A stretch of DNA of 64,000 nt, from NCBI GenBank assembly GCA_050084515.1, contig CM114271.1, forward strand, positions 34,038,001-34,102,000, given 5' to 3'. The position numbers and the translations under genes are program-made. The notes beneath the pieces were generated by a model. It saw only the letters and a program-made list of their open reading frames with translations, was not told the origin of the DNA and ran no database searches. Source of the stretch: Blasia pusilla (Eukaryota). Position 1 is the stretch's first letter. Each line of letters opens with the position of its first letter. Shown here piece after piece: positions 13,641-24,207 of the stretch.

Positions 13641-14440
13641 GGTGTTAGGGTGTTAGATCTTTCCGGAGGGATTAGCATCGGATTGGCTGCACTATTGCAG
13701 GCGGGCATACGGGTGCATCAGTACCTTTATGTGGAGAGAGATGAGACTGCGCGGCGAGTATCATTACGTCACGTGGCGAGATTGGTCCAGAGGTATCCTG
13801 AGTTATTGCGGTATCTGCGATGACGGGGATATCAAAGATACGCTACCCGTCGACATCTCTTTGGTGGGGGCGCAGGATCTGGATAGAGTTGGCACCATTC
13901 ATTTGGTGATTGCTGGATGGCCATATTAGGGTCATTTATCAACTGGCCGAGGATTTGGATTGCAGGATCCGAGGCCAGGGATGTTTTGGGAGATGCTATG
14001 AGTATTACGACACTTGCAAGAGAGTCAGATATGTTCTCCAGCGTACATTTTGGAGAACGTGCCGTTGTTGGGAGACACTCGTGCACGTGTGATGACGAGT
14101 GTACATCAGGTGAGGTCTTGGTTGGGACCTGCTGTGTTGTTAGATGCAGCGAGAGTTGGGTCACGTGCCCATCGTCCATGACTGTGGTGGACAAACCTGA
14201 TACCATCAAAGGTACTGAGTCAGCATACAGTGGAGTCCAGAGAGCACCACATCTCACAGTGGATGCTATTTTGGGCTCAAAGCGTCGATCTCAAGTGGTG
14301 ACACGGGATGATAGATCACCGTTGGCCATGGCCAATAGGGTGGGGGAGTTGAGGGCAGCCTTACCTACGTTGGTGAGCCTCCCAGCATCCCATGCCTTTC
14401 GTCAGGGAGGGCCAGGCATGATTTGGGATGAGGTGACTAT
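13641..14440 (+). pseudogene. DNMT3-like C5 cytosine methyltransferase domain in pol of copy 1 (motifs I-VIII)
   Basis: VRVLDLSGGISIGL (motif I), YLYVERD (II), LPVDI (III), IHLVIAGWPY*G (IV, 13921-13929), GLQDPRPGMFWEML (V), YILENV (VI, 14053-14061), SRAHRP*LWWTNL (VIII). Motifs IX-X removed by a deletion. Confidence 0.9.
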
Positions 14441-14446
14441 ATTTGG

Positions 14447-14830
14447 GTTGGGTCTAGGAGCAGTGCTTACTCAAAGGGATGACGAGGAGAGGGAGTTCGT
14501 TGGGGCTTACGTGAGACGATCAAACAACATTGCAGAGGCGAAGTACAGCTCCTACGAGGGAGAGTGCTTGGCTGCAGTGTGGGCCGTGGCACATTTTAGG
14601 TGTTATTTATTCGGCAACCCTTTCACACTTATCATTGATCATGAGCCGTTGAGGTGGTTGATGGAGTCCGATAAGCTTACGGGCAAGCTTGCCAGGTGGG
14701 CTCTATTACTGCAGGAGTATGAGTTTGAGGTGGTTCATAGGCCAGGTCGGCTGAACCAGGATGCGGATGGGTTGAGTCGTAACCCATGTCCGAGTCAGAG
14801 AGACGACAAAGGAGCTCGATGGCACGGAGA
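14447..14830 (+). pseudogene. RNase H of copy 1 (N-terminally truncated)
   Basis: LGLGAVLTQ...KYSSYEGECLAAVWAVAHFRCYLFGNPFTLIIDHEPLRWL...LARWALLLQEYEFEVVHRPGRLNQDADGLSR. Confidence 0.92.
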
Positions 14831-15139
14831 GAGTGATGAGGAGATGGTGCTCGGTTGGCATGCATCTGCCTATCTTTGTTGGTTGACTATGGCAGGTCAA
14901 TCACAAGTGATGACTCTAGTGGTGGGGTTGGATGATGAGTCTTTGGATTCGGAGGTTAGTGAGGAGGCGACAAGTGGTCGTGATATCCATGACGACGTGG
15001 AGGTTGTGGAGTTCTTGCCTTTGGCGTCATTAAAGTATAGTGAGTGCTAGGGGAGCGGGATCGGATCCTACAGAGAGCCAAGAGGTTCAGGTGGGAGGGG
15101 ACTCACATTTTGCGGGTATGGGGAGATGGTAGGATAAGA

Positions 15140-16230
15140 GTGGTACCTCATCCTTCCCAGCGAGCACGTGTGGTGCGACATGCCCATGAGGAGTTGGGAC
15201 ATTTCGGAGTAAAGCGTACTTACAGCTTACTCCAGGTTCAGTATTGGTGGCGTGGCATGCATACTAGGGTACATTAGTTTGTGGCCAGATGTATGGTATG
15301 TGACAGAGTGCGAGCATCCTTCAATGCTCCCACTCTGCAGTTACATCCTTTGCCGATTATGGGTTTATGTTATTGGTGGAGTTTAGACTTTGCGGGACCT
15401 TTGCCATTGACAGGACGTCATCATAGGTACGTGTTGGTCATGGTGGAGCATTTCTTCAAGTGGATAGAGTTGGTGGCACTACTAGACAAGGCGAGCGAGG
15501 GAACAGCTTATGCGCTTCTAGATCGTGTGCTTAGTCACTTTGGTGCACCGGCGGAGGTGTTGACTGACCAGGGTACCGAGTTCAGGGGAGAGTTTCAGAC
15601 CTTGTGTGATCAGGCACTGATAGATCACCGCATCACGTCCAGAGATCATCCTGAGGCGGATGGGTTGGCGGAGAGAGTGGTACAGACGGTGAAGAGAGGA
15701 TTGCCCAAGTATGGCTTGCAGTGGGGACAGTTGAGGGAGTGGGACCTACAGTTGCCATGGTTGGCTATGGGTTATCGCTTTAGTCGGCAGGCATCCTTGG
15801 CGTCATTTTCATCGTACTTTTTGCTCTTTGGGAGAGAGCCAGATTTACTTGCAGCGATTCGACGTGACATGGCGGAGGTGTTAGATCTTGATGATCCAGA
15901 TGTGTAGGTACAAGCATGTTCTCAAAGGGCATAAGTTTTTGGTAGAGTTATGCCTATGGCCTTTGAGAACTTAGCTATTGCCCAACATAAAGATACATTG
16001 AGGTATGCGACCATTCGTGGAGGAGGTTATCGTCCAGGGATTAGGAGGTTTCATCCTGGAGATTACGTATATTTATAGCAGACGGCATCCACGACGCTAG
16101 ATATCACTGCAGGGCGCACGATCCTACGTCTGCGCGAATTATTACCGACCGGAGTCCTCGTGTTGGAGGGACAGGATGGTATGGTTTGGAAGGATCATGT
16201 GCGCAATTGTGCGCCATGTCGTCTTCCGAA
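15140..16230 (+). pseudogene. Integrase of copy 1
   Basis: HHCC motif (HEELGHFG...CMVC) and DDE core (SLDFAGP, VLTDQGTEF, DGLAERVVQTVK). Confidence 0.92.
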
Positions 16231-16282
16231 CGTAGATGGGACGGTGGATCCGAGCTTGGCAGTGGTACCTGCAGGCTTGAGG

Positions 16283-16417
16283 TGTATGTTGTGCGGATCT
16301 ACGAGGGGTGCAGCCACCATGTTGGTATGTGATGGTTGTTTTTGAGGGTGGCATATGTCATGTCTGACCCCCCCTCTTGATGTGGTTCCCACGGGACGAT
16401 GGATGTGTCTGAGATGT
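16283..16417 (+). pseudogene. PHD finger at the pol C-terminus of copy 1
   Basis: CMLC...MLVCDGCF*GWHMSCLTPPLDVVPTGRWMCLRC is a C4HC3 motif with the conserved W; one TGA. Confidence 0.9.
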
Positions 16418-16490
16418 GTATAGGGTAGTAGGTCATGCCAGAGAGATGTGATATTTTCTATCTGGAGTTGGGGGGATCCAACTGCCAGCT

Positions 16491-16501
16491 AGGGGGGCGA
16501 T
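16491..16501 (+). promoter_or_regulatory. Polypurine tract of copy 1
   Basis: AGGGGGGCGAT immediately before TG; copy 2 has AGGGGGACGAT in the same position. Confidence 0.75.
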
Positions 16502-17254
16502 TGTGTGATCTCCATGTATATGTATGAGTTGATTTTTGTACATGTGTGGATCAAACCGTGTGTGGGGAAGATCGGTGTTGTGTGGTGTAGATGTGACCAG
16601 CGATGTATGTTGTGTAGCGATATGTATGCGCACGACAGTTGTCACATCTGAGTAGCTGATAGGCCGAGATCTATCGTGGATAGGGTGTAGGAGCCAGCGG
16701 ACTATCTTGAGTGTAACTTTGTCCCACGGTGTCGGATGAGGTTCAAGATAGGTCCATTGTATCAGGAACGTCGTTTCTGACAACTTTCATGTTGAGGTCT
16801 TTTACAACCGGGTGACTTGTTGACCAGGTTACCCGCCCCTGTTAACCTGTGCGCGCAGGTTACCAAGGGGAGGGCTATTTTTAGGGAAAGAGCCTTTTGG
16901 CTCTTCCCAACCCTATATAAGAGAGGAAGATGGCTTTCCTAAGCCATCTTTCTCATGTTGGGCCGTTAGAGCACCTCCCTTGTATGTGTGTGAACTAGGA
17001 CTAGGGTGCTAGCATCCGGATTCCTTGATAGCACAGGGTGGACGAGGCTCGATATGCCGATGTAGATTGAGGAGTGGAGTTTTAGGCCGGGTGTGCCGTT
17101 TTTACTACTCTATTTTTGTTGTGTGATCTCCATGTATATGTATGAGTTGATTTTTGTACATGTATGGATCGACCCGTGTGTGGGGAAGATCCGTGTTGTG
17201 TGGTGTAGATGTGACCACGGTGTATGTTGTGTAGCGATATGTTTGCGCACGACA
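16502..17254 (+). repeat. 3' LTR of copy 1 with a ~136-bp terminal direct repeat and TATA box
   Basis: Starts TG after the PPT and ends GCGCACGACA. 16501-16637 is repeated at 17119-17254. TATATAA at 16914-16920. Confidence 0.75.
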
Positions 17255-17519
17255 AACTTCATACAAAGGGAATATACCATATGGTGCCACATCACACTCT
17301 TAAAGGAATATCCACTTGTGAACTACAATCTCATATAAAAGAAAGGTTGATTTACATACGTGGATCATTATCTAACCCGACATCACCTTCTCGTCGGTCT
17401 CACCATGCCACCACGCTCTAGTGGCATAAATATGGCTCATGTATGGGTTATAACTCATCATGTCAATATCTTGGTTCAGATGTTCTAGATGATGGATAAC
17501 TTAAAAAATGTACTCCTAA

Positions 17520-17880
17520 AAAAAGTTGACTATCTAACAAGCTTCAATGTAAGCTAATGACATTCCATCACTCATCTCAGTGGTTGATGATTAGTGATGA
17601 TTGTGAGGGGATTCTCGAACAAATAACATTAAAAATTGGCCGCTACCCACATTGCAACTCAACACTTCCCCTCATATCAATTATACTTTATCTCCTCAAT
17701 ATTGTTTGAAGGACGTGGATATGCCCCTACAAACTCCTTCCCCTCATTATCTCTTTGAGTGAGCTTCGATACTATATCCAAAATACTCCGTTCCATACGT
17801 ACTTGAAATGGACGACCACGCATACGTCTCTTCATAATAGGCAAGGATGTTAACTTGTCTTTTAGCTCATGAAATAGTCT
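17520..17880 (-). mobile_element. Older Gypsy RT-linker/RNase H fragment related to the same family
   Basis: LKDKLTSLPIMKRRMRGRPFQV...LTQRDNEGKEFVGAY..SNN..KYN*YEGKC...CYLFENPLTIITNHQPL, homologous to copy 2 LKDRLTSVPILRRPIRGRPF. Confidence 0.8.
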
Positions 17881-18189
17881 CTTGATAATCCCCCTCATCA
17901 GGTTGTAACTTTTTAAGTCTCTTGCGAGCTTAGTTCGATGGGAGGTTTGTACAAGCATCATGACCGTCGGGACTTGTAAATCAATGGCAAATCGCACATC
18001 TTTATGGAGCCAGAATAGACTCGCACAAAATGGGCTCACAAAATGGAGTTTGCAATGGATTTGCAAAGTAGCCCCTATTGGCAAAAATGGACACGCAATG
18101 GATCTAGAGTTTGTAGTAGTATTATACGCCATGCATGTATGTGCAATAAAGACTAGATCTAATACGAAATAATGAAGCTAATCCATGAT

Positions 18190-20390
18190 TGAAGATAGAT
18201 GGATACAACTTAAGGTGGATCATGGGTTGTAATTATCGGAATGTTAGATATGAAGAAAGGAAAATGGAAGATTCTCAAGAGTTTGATATAGTAATTATTT
18301 ATGCACTTGGTATTGATCAGTAATATGAGAAGGTTAAAAACCAGTGATACATGTGTAGGGAGGACATTAGATCCATCAAAGGTGAAGGATATGGAGAGTT
18401 TTGTATTGAAGTCACCACATATATCATTTGGGAAGGAGACATAATTTTTGATGACCAAGAGGGATCTTACTTGGAAAATCATCAGATTTTTTGTAAGGAA
18501 AGGAGACAAGAAAATTAGTGGCCAAGAGTGATTCACATCAATCTTTCATAGAGAACCATCAGGTTTGCTCAATCTATGAAAAGATATACCATAATCGTTT
18601 GCCAACAAGAATATCAAGGTATCTTGGACATGGAACCCAAGGGTGTTGTGTGTGGAAGAGACATATGTAGGAATAAAAATGAAATATCCAGAGAGTTATG
18701 TATATAGGATGGATGTTGAACGAAAGAGACAAAAAAATAAACCTTTTAGATTAGACTATCTAGAGGGACTTTACATATACAAGTCACTAGATGTAGCCAT
18801 AAAATCATAGATTCCACATTATGGGGAAGATTAAAACTTATTATATGCAATATTTGGGCATACTTGGGCTACAAAAATCCCATGAAACATATCTGTGAGC
18901 TGAAGAGGTGTGTGTGACCATGCTAGAGGAAGAACATAACTAAGATATGCCATGTAAGTTCTATAATTGGAGAAGCAATTGGAATCAAACGCACGTGATT
19001 ATGGATGTAGTTCAAATAAATTTGTGCCTTTTCTTGGCTTATGTAATAGACATAATATAAGAAAGCAAATAAATTGAGTTTTTTTAGAAAATATCTTTGA
19101 TGTGCTTTTGCATAATATTCCAAAATAATTACATTACAAAATTGTCTCAATGTTGTTCAATATAACCATTTTATAATGTTCCATGCCAATATTGTATTAC
19201 ATAGAAAAACTAGATAGACGGGGACTCCCTACTAGGAGACTTGCTATGTATTATGATATATTTGAAGGTATTTTTTATGTACTTTTGCAAAATATTCCAA
19301 AACCATTATGCAAAAAAACTTTCTCAATGTTGTTCAATATTGGAATTGTATTATATTCCGCGCCAATATTGTATTCAATAGAGAATCCGAACATATGGGG
19401 GACTCCGTACTTGGAGACTTGCTACGCACTGTGAGTAGTGAAGGTCTAAGACTTGAATAAGTTGTTATTAGATAATTTTATCATAGGAAGAAGATAAAAC
19501 ATGTATGATATGTACTCCTTTTACATAATTTTTTTGCAATCGTATGGATGATTACATTAGATTGACGAGTTCGTATCCATTAAATATATAGAAAAAGGTG
19601 CTACATAATACTAGGGTTTATAGCTAAGAACACTCAAGACAACCAATGCTCCACAATCATTTCATCATGGTTCAAGATGATATTTCTTGTTCATAGAGAA
19701 GACAAAGTAGAGGAACTCCATCATTTTCAGAGGATGATATGCCACATCCATATTCACCTTGTGTGTAGAGGCATCGATTGTTCTAGTCTCCTCTAAATAA
19801 TGTAGTTATATTGACCGTCCAAACAAGATTGACATGTAGAATATGCCCTATTAACATTGAGAAATGTGAAGCACGCATCCAAGAAGAAGTTGTCAAAATT
19901 CTTGGTAGAATTCCAATTGCAAATAACATAAAGCTTGAGAGTGTTGCTTATAACGATGGTATTTTCCCCTTCTTCAAACACTGTATTGATGAATTTATTA
20001 CGAATTTAAAGAGGTAGGCAAGATTACATCTGGGTCCAGAGGGATCCTTTGTAGCTCCCATTTTAGGAGGTTTGATAATCTGCTACGTATGTGTATAGGT
20101 CAGACTTTCCTTTCGTACATGGCATATTGTGAGGAAAGGCCACTTACTAGGTAACTTGTGGAGTATTTAAGAACCTTGATGGTTGTTGATCACATTTAGT
20201 TTAATAGGATTAAACGAGATGTGTCACTAGTGAGGATGTTCCCTTTTGTGAGACCTTTCCTTTAGATAAATACTCTCGGTTCATATGGAGAGGACCTTAT
20301 GTTATAGTTTGTGAGGTTGAGTACATTATGTACTAGAAGTCCTTTATTACTTATTGCAAATGGTAAGATGTGCATAAATATTACGAGTGA
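18190..20390 (+). mobile_element. Highly decayed Gypsy pol remnant (different family)
   Basis: Protease-like YIILGR (~18420), RT-like KLESVAYNDGIFPFFKHCIDE (~19930) and integrase-tail WRGPYVI (~20286), in Gypsy order. Confidence 0.45.
19112..19425. repeat. Two-copy degenerate tandem repeat (~180-bp period)
   Basis: TCTCAATGTTGTTCAATAT...GCCAATATTGTATT...GGGGACTCC...GGAGACTTGCTA occurs twice. Confidence 0.75.
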
Positions 20391-23300
20391 CTTGCTAAGA
20401 GATGGTGTATATCCTCAATGAAGCTCATCATGAAGCCAATATTTGGACATTAGACCCATAGAGGGATCATTGATCCATTTTCACAAGGCTATGCTTGTGT
20501 CTCGAGCCAAGGGTCTCTTGCATTAAGAGTGGGCTAGGATCGTTGTATAAATATGTGTTATTTCATATCTAGCTCTTTGTTGGAAACACGATGTGCGTGT
20601 TGAATGCATCCGAGCCATATAGGGAGTGATTCGTGTAGTACAATTTTGGAAGAGGAGAGCTTCTATGTGTTACCATATTTTCTAGCTAAAGATCATTTCA
20701 CATCTTAAACTTATTTTAACTCTAAAGTTGAAGCTTGTTGCTTTCCATTGTAAGATGGAATCGAGAATAAATTTCATGTTTGGTGCAAAATTGGAGGTGT
20801 CTAACTTGCAAGCACAAATCCTGATGATATTTAGTACAAAGGCACAAGAATTTTTGAAATCAAGATAACAATTCATAATTTGAAGAGGCAGTTGAAAATA
20901 AAAAGGAACTCCCCGTTAATAATATAGATCAAATAGAAAACTGAAAAAACCAATGCATCTTAAGAGGAGGATATTATTTTTTCCAAAAGAATTTATTTGG
21001 TTATTATCAATGACACACTCTAAACCACTCTAATGGTATTATTATAGTATAATTTTCTTCACTAATCTTATCCAATAAATTTATAATAAATTTTTGTTAA
21101 TGCAACTTGTTTTTGCAAATTCCGTCATTAATTTTTAGATTCCTACATTGACTATTGGATTAAAAATTACTATTGGTATTTCCATGGGCCATTAAAATAA
21201 ACACATTAAAATATTACTGGATTGTAGACTACCAGCTTGCATTGCACAGTACCCAAGCCAATGACAATGATTAGGCCATACGGGATAGTATTGCTAGACA
21301 TTTCCAAATTTTGTATTTTTATTTTCAGTTAGGTTAGTTTTCACTAGAGTCCTATCTTCTATTCACGTTTGTTCATAGTGACTTGGTCCCTCATGACATT
21401 TTTTCTATTTTTAATTTCTGGATGGAAGAATTATCCTGTCATCTCCCTTGGGTCAAAAACTAGAAAGGAAAGAATAATGTTTTCATATGTATTCTTCCAA
21501 TGGGAAAAAAGATGACAAACAATGAGGCGTGCAGAAAATTGGTAAAGTATTAAAAAAGTCCATTTATTTTTGAATCTTTCTAAAAAGGAGAAAGAGGGGA
21601 AACATGACTTACATGAGGCAGGCATCCAAGGCACCATAAACTACTGTCGCGTTTTTTACAAGAACAGATCGCAGCGGGTTTCCAGGCGTTGCGCTCTCAT
21701 ACTAGAACACTAGATCGCTCGCACTCTCAACGGTGCGAAGCTGCGTACAAGAACACCTACCGGTCCCTAAAGGCCCTCTCTCGGAGTCCTTTACGGAGCT
21801 TCAGAAATTTCCGCAAACCCTAATAAGGTGGCAGCCTCGTCACAGCTCCCACCGGGAAATCCATAGGAGCCGGGAATGAGCACCGGCGACTGAGAAATAC
21901 GTGGCGCCGTTAATCAATGAACTGGCGCCACGTAGGGGCGCGAGAGACAGAGAAGTACACGACCTCCGGACGCCCATCCGGAGAGGAAGCGCAAAGACCG
22001 GTCCTGGGAGAGGGCGGCTGAGCTTCCAAGCGGTCACGTAGGGGGACCGCCAGTTCGTGACCGTAGGATAACTGACACGGTAGGGTAAGGGCTCTTAGCT
22101 TTCAGTATACGCTCTTTAGTCCTCTTGCTGCTGTTTCCGCTTCCGCTACAACATCCGCTTCTGGTTCCACTGCCTACTCCATTCTCTTCTTATCCACCAC
22201 CTTCTTCGATTGATTGATTGTTGTTGTTGTTGCTGAGGCGGAGCGAATCGCAATTGGCATGCCCTCGCTCGCGAAACGGGCGATGTATTCTTGAGTTTTG
22301 TCGCTGGAGGACTCAAAGGTGTGGCGGACGGGCGTATTGGTGTCTTCTGGATGGGAGAGGGGTGTGCGAGGGGAAACTGAGGGCGGACGGAAGGGGTGTA
22401 CAGAGTTCCCGGTCTTGATCCTGCCGTCTTCGTATCCATGGTCAGTCTGTGATTGCTGCCGCAGCAAGAGCAGATTAGAGGATTGGGGCGAAAGGCGAAG
22501 GAAATAAGCGACGGGCGAAGATATCCATTTTTTAAAAGGTTTTTAGGGTTAAAACGCATTGAGAATAATGACTGAAAGCAAAGGCGAAGCAATGAGAGAG
22601 ACCGGTGGCGGTACGCCTCTACGGCTTGAGCCTTGGAAGCTACGGGGTCCGTGGTTTTCTTCCTCATCTCACACTTCCTTGTTTCAATGCACCCGCACCG
22701 TGTTTTGTGACTTACACCAGTGACGGCTCTTTATCACCTTACATCTTGCTGCGTAGGTCTACCATCGTAGTGTCCATCACGGTTAGTTTTGCATCCCGAG
22801 TCTGGTTTCGACCCGTCACCGCCAGGATTTCGTGTAATTCCTGTCACCTGTCTGTATTCTTGGGCCTGTGTCTTAGTTTGAGCTAACTGTGTGTGCCTGC
22901 CTCAGTTGCTTAAGGGCGACGGTAGTAGATTAGGTTCTTCAAGGGGTATAGATAGCCACGTACCAGTGTGGTGGTAAGACAGCTCCCTGTGTATAGAGTT
23001 CGAGTCCTGGACAGTTCTGTGCGTGTGATTTACACGGAACTGCCGAGCTATCCAATAACCATCTCATCAATGTTCCCACTGGATAGCAATCTTCTTCTCT
23101 GCCTCGATCGTTCTCTTGGAGTGTGCCAATGAGTCTATTTTTCTTTCAGATCTCATGATATCTGGTCGTGTACGTGTTCTTAATAATCTTACGCATCGTC
23201 AAAGCCCCGAGGTATTCTTGATGATGCGAATGTGGCCATTGGAACAAAGTTTCGAACGCCTTTCGTTTTGAATGACTAGAAGATCTGAGCAAGGACTTCG

Positions 23301-24207
23301 AGTTGGTTTGAATTGCGGGTATTAGGATCTGGACTTTTGTCAAGCTTTTAGATCCTTCGATTTTGCCCTATCTTACGTGTTCAGTTGACTCTGAACAAGT
23401 GTAGTGGCCAGCTGCTGCTCCCTGTGCCAAGTGGGATCACCACGTCACAGTAACTGTTGTAGAAGGTCGCCTTTCTGCAATGCTCTCCATGTATGTTCTG
23501 TAAGACACATTCAAGAAGCTACTGAGGATTTGGGAAGGATATTCGGAGTGGGGGGTGTGAGCCGCCATTGCAGGTCCCATGCCGCGTACTCATTTTCAAT
23601 GCTACTCATTTACTTTGGGTATATGGACTCAAAGCTCCTTCTGAAGCCTACTAGTAACCTTACTAGTGGATCGCAGCTTCGCACACTTCCCGAATGTCTC
23701 CCTCTGCCCTAATGATGAGGGTTTTAGCGAAGGTCGCTCGTTCTTGGTCACTTCGGTGTTGCTTCTGTCATTCGCTTCTACATTTTTCTGCGCTTGCCTT
23801 GGTTGTGCCTAATGGCTTCATGTGATCTTGGTTTGTTATTCAGATGAAGGTAGTGGGATCTTGGCTTCATCCAAGCTTCTACTCGGACCTTCAGATACCG
23901 ACTTCAAAGGCACGTGGCGAGATTCTGAGTCTTGTAGGAATCAATAGATCCAGGGTTGTGTGATCTTTTCCTCTACTAATGTTTGGCACACGAAATTTGA
24001 GTCGTATCTGTCCTGCAAATGCGCGGGGTTTGCAGTTTATCATTCATAGTGGTCATCTGTGGGGCTGTGATGGCCACTATGAATGATCAAGCCCTCACAA
24101 TCCTCACTAGAGCATTCTAGCAAGCATACTTGTTTTGATTAATCTAGGACTCGTTTGGTATTTTTGCACGTGGTATTAACTGGATGTGATGGTTTTGTGG
24201 TGCAGAG

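Larger units (their letters stand above)
9145..17254 (+). mobile_element. Ty3/Gypsy LTR retrotransposon copy 1 (gag-PR-DNMT-[RT deleted]-RH-INT-PHD), degenerate, no 5' LTR seen
   Basis: GC-rich block starting abruptly at TGTC (9145). Contains gag with zinc knuckles, DSG protease, methyltransferase motifs, RNase H, DDE integrase, PHD, PPT and a TG..CA 3' LTR. Colinear with copy 2. Many in-frame stops; the 5' boundary is approximate. Confidence 0.93.

Noticed and set aside
13641-14440. Bacterial restriction-modification methylase or contamination
   Set aside because: The domain is colinear inside pol in two separate retroelements, flanked by spliced plant genes, and its motifs resemble DNMT3.
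13917-15050. 377-aa ORF as an intact protein
   Set aside because: Its first ~100 codons are off-frame relative to the MTase motifs, and the rest is a deletion fusion of MTase and RNase H.
16502-17254. Independent TRIM element (136-bp LTR pair)
   Set aside because: There is no PPT before the second repeat, no PBS after the first and no TSD; the first repeat directly follows the Gypsy PPT.
22146-22886. ORFs upstream of the GYF gene
   Set aside because: No recognisable motifs; consistent with GC-rich promoter/5' UTR sequence.
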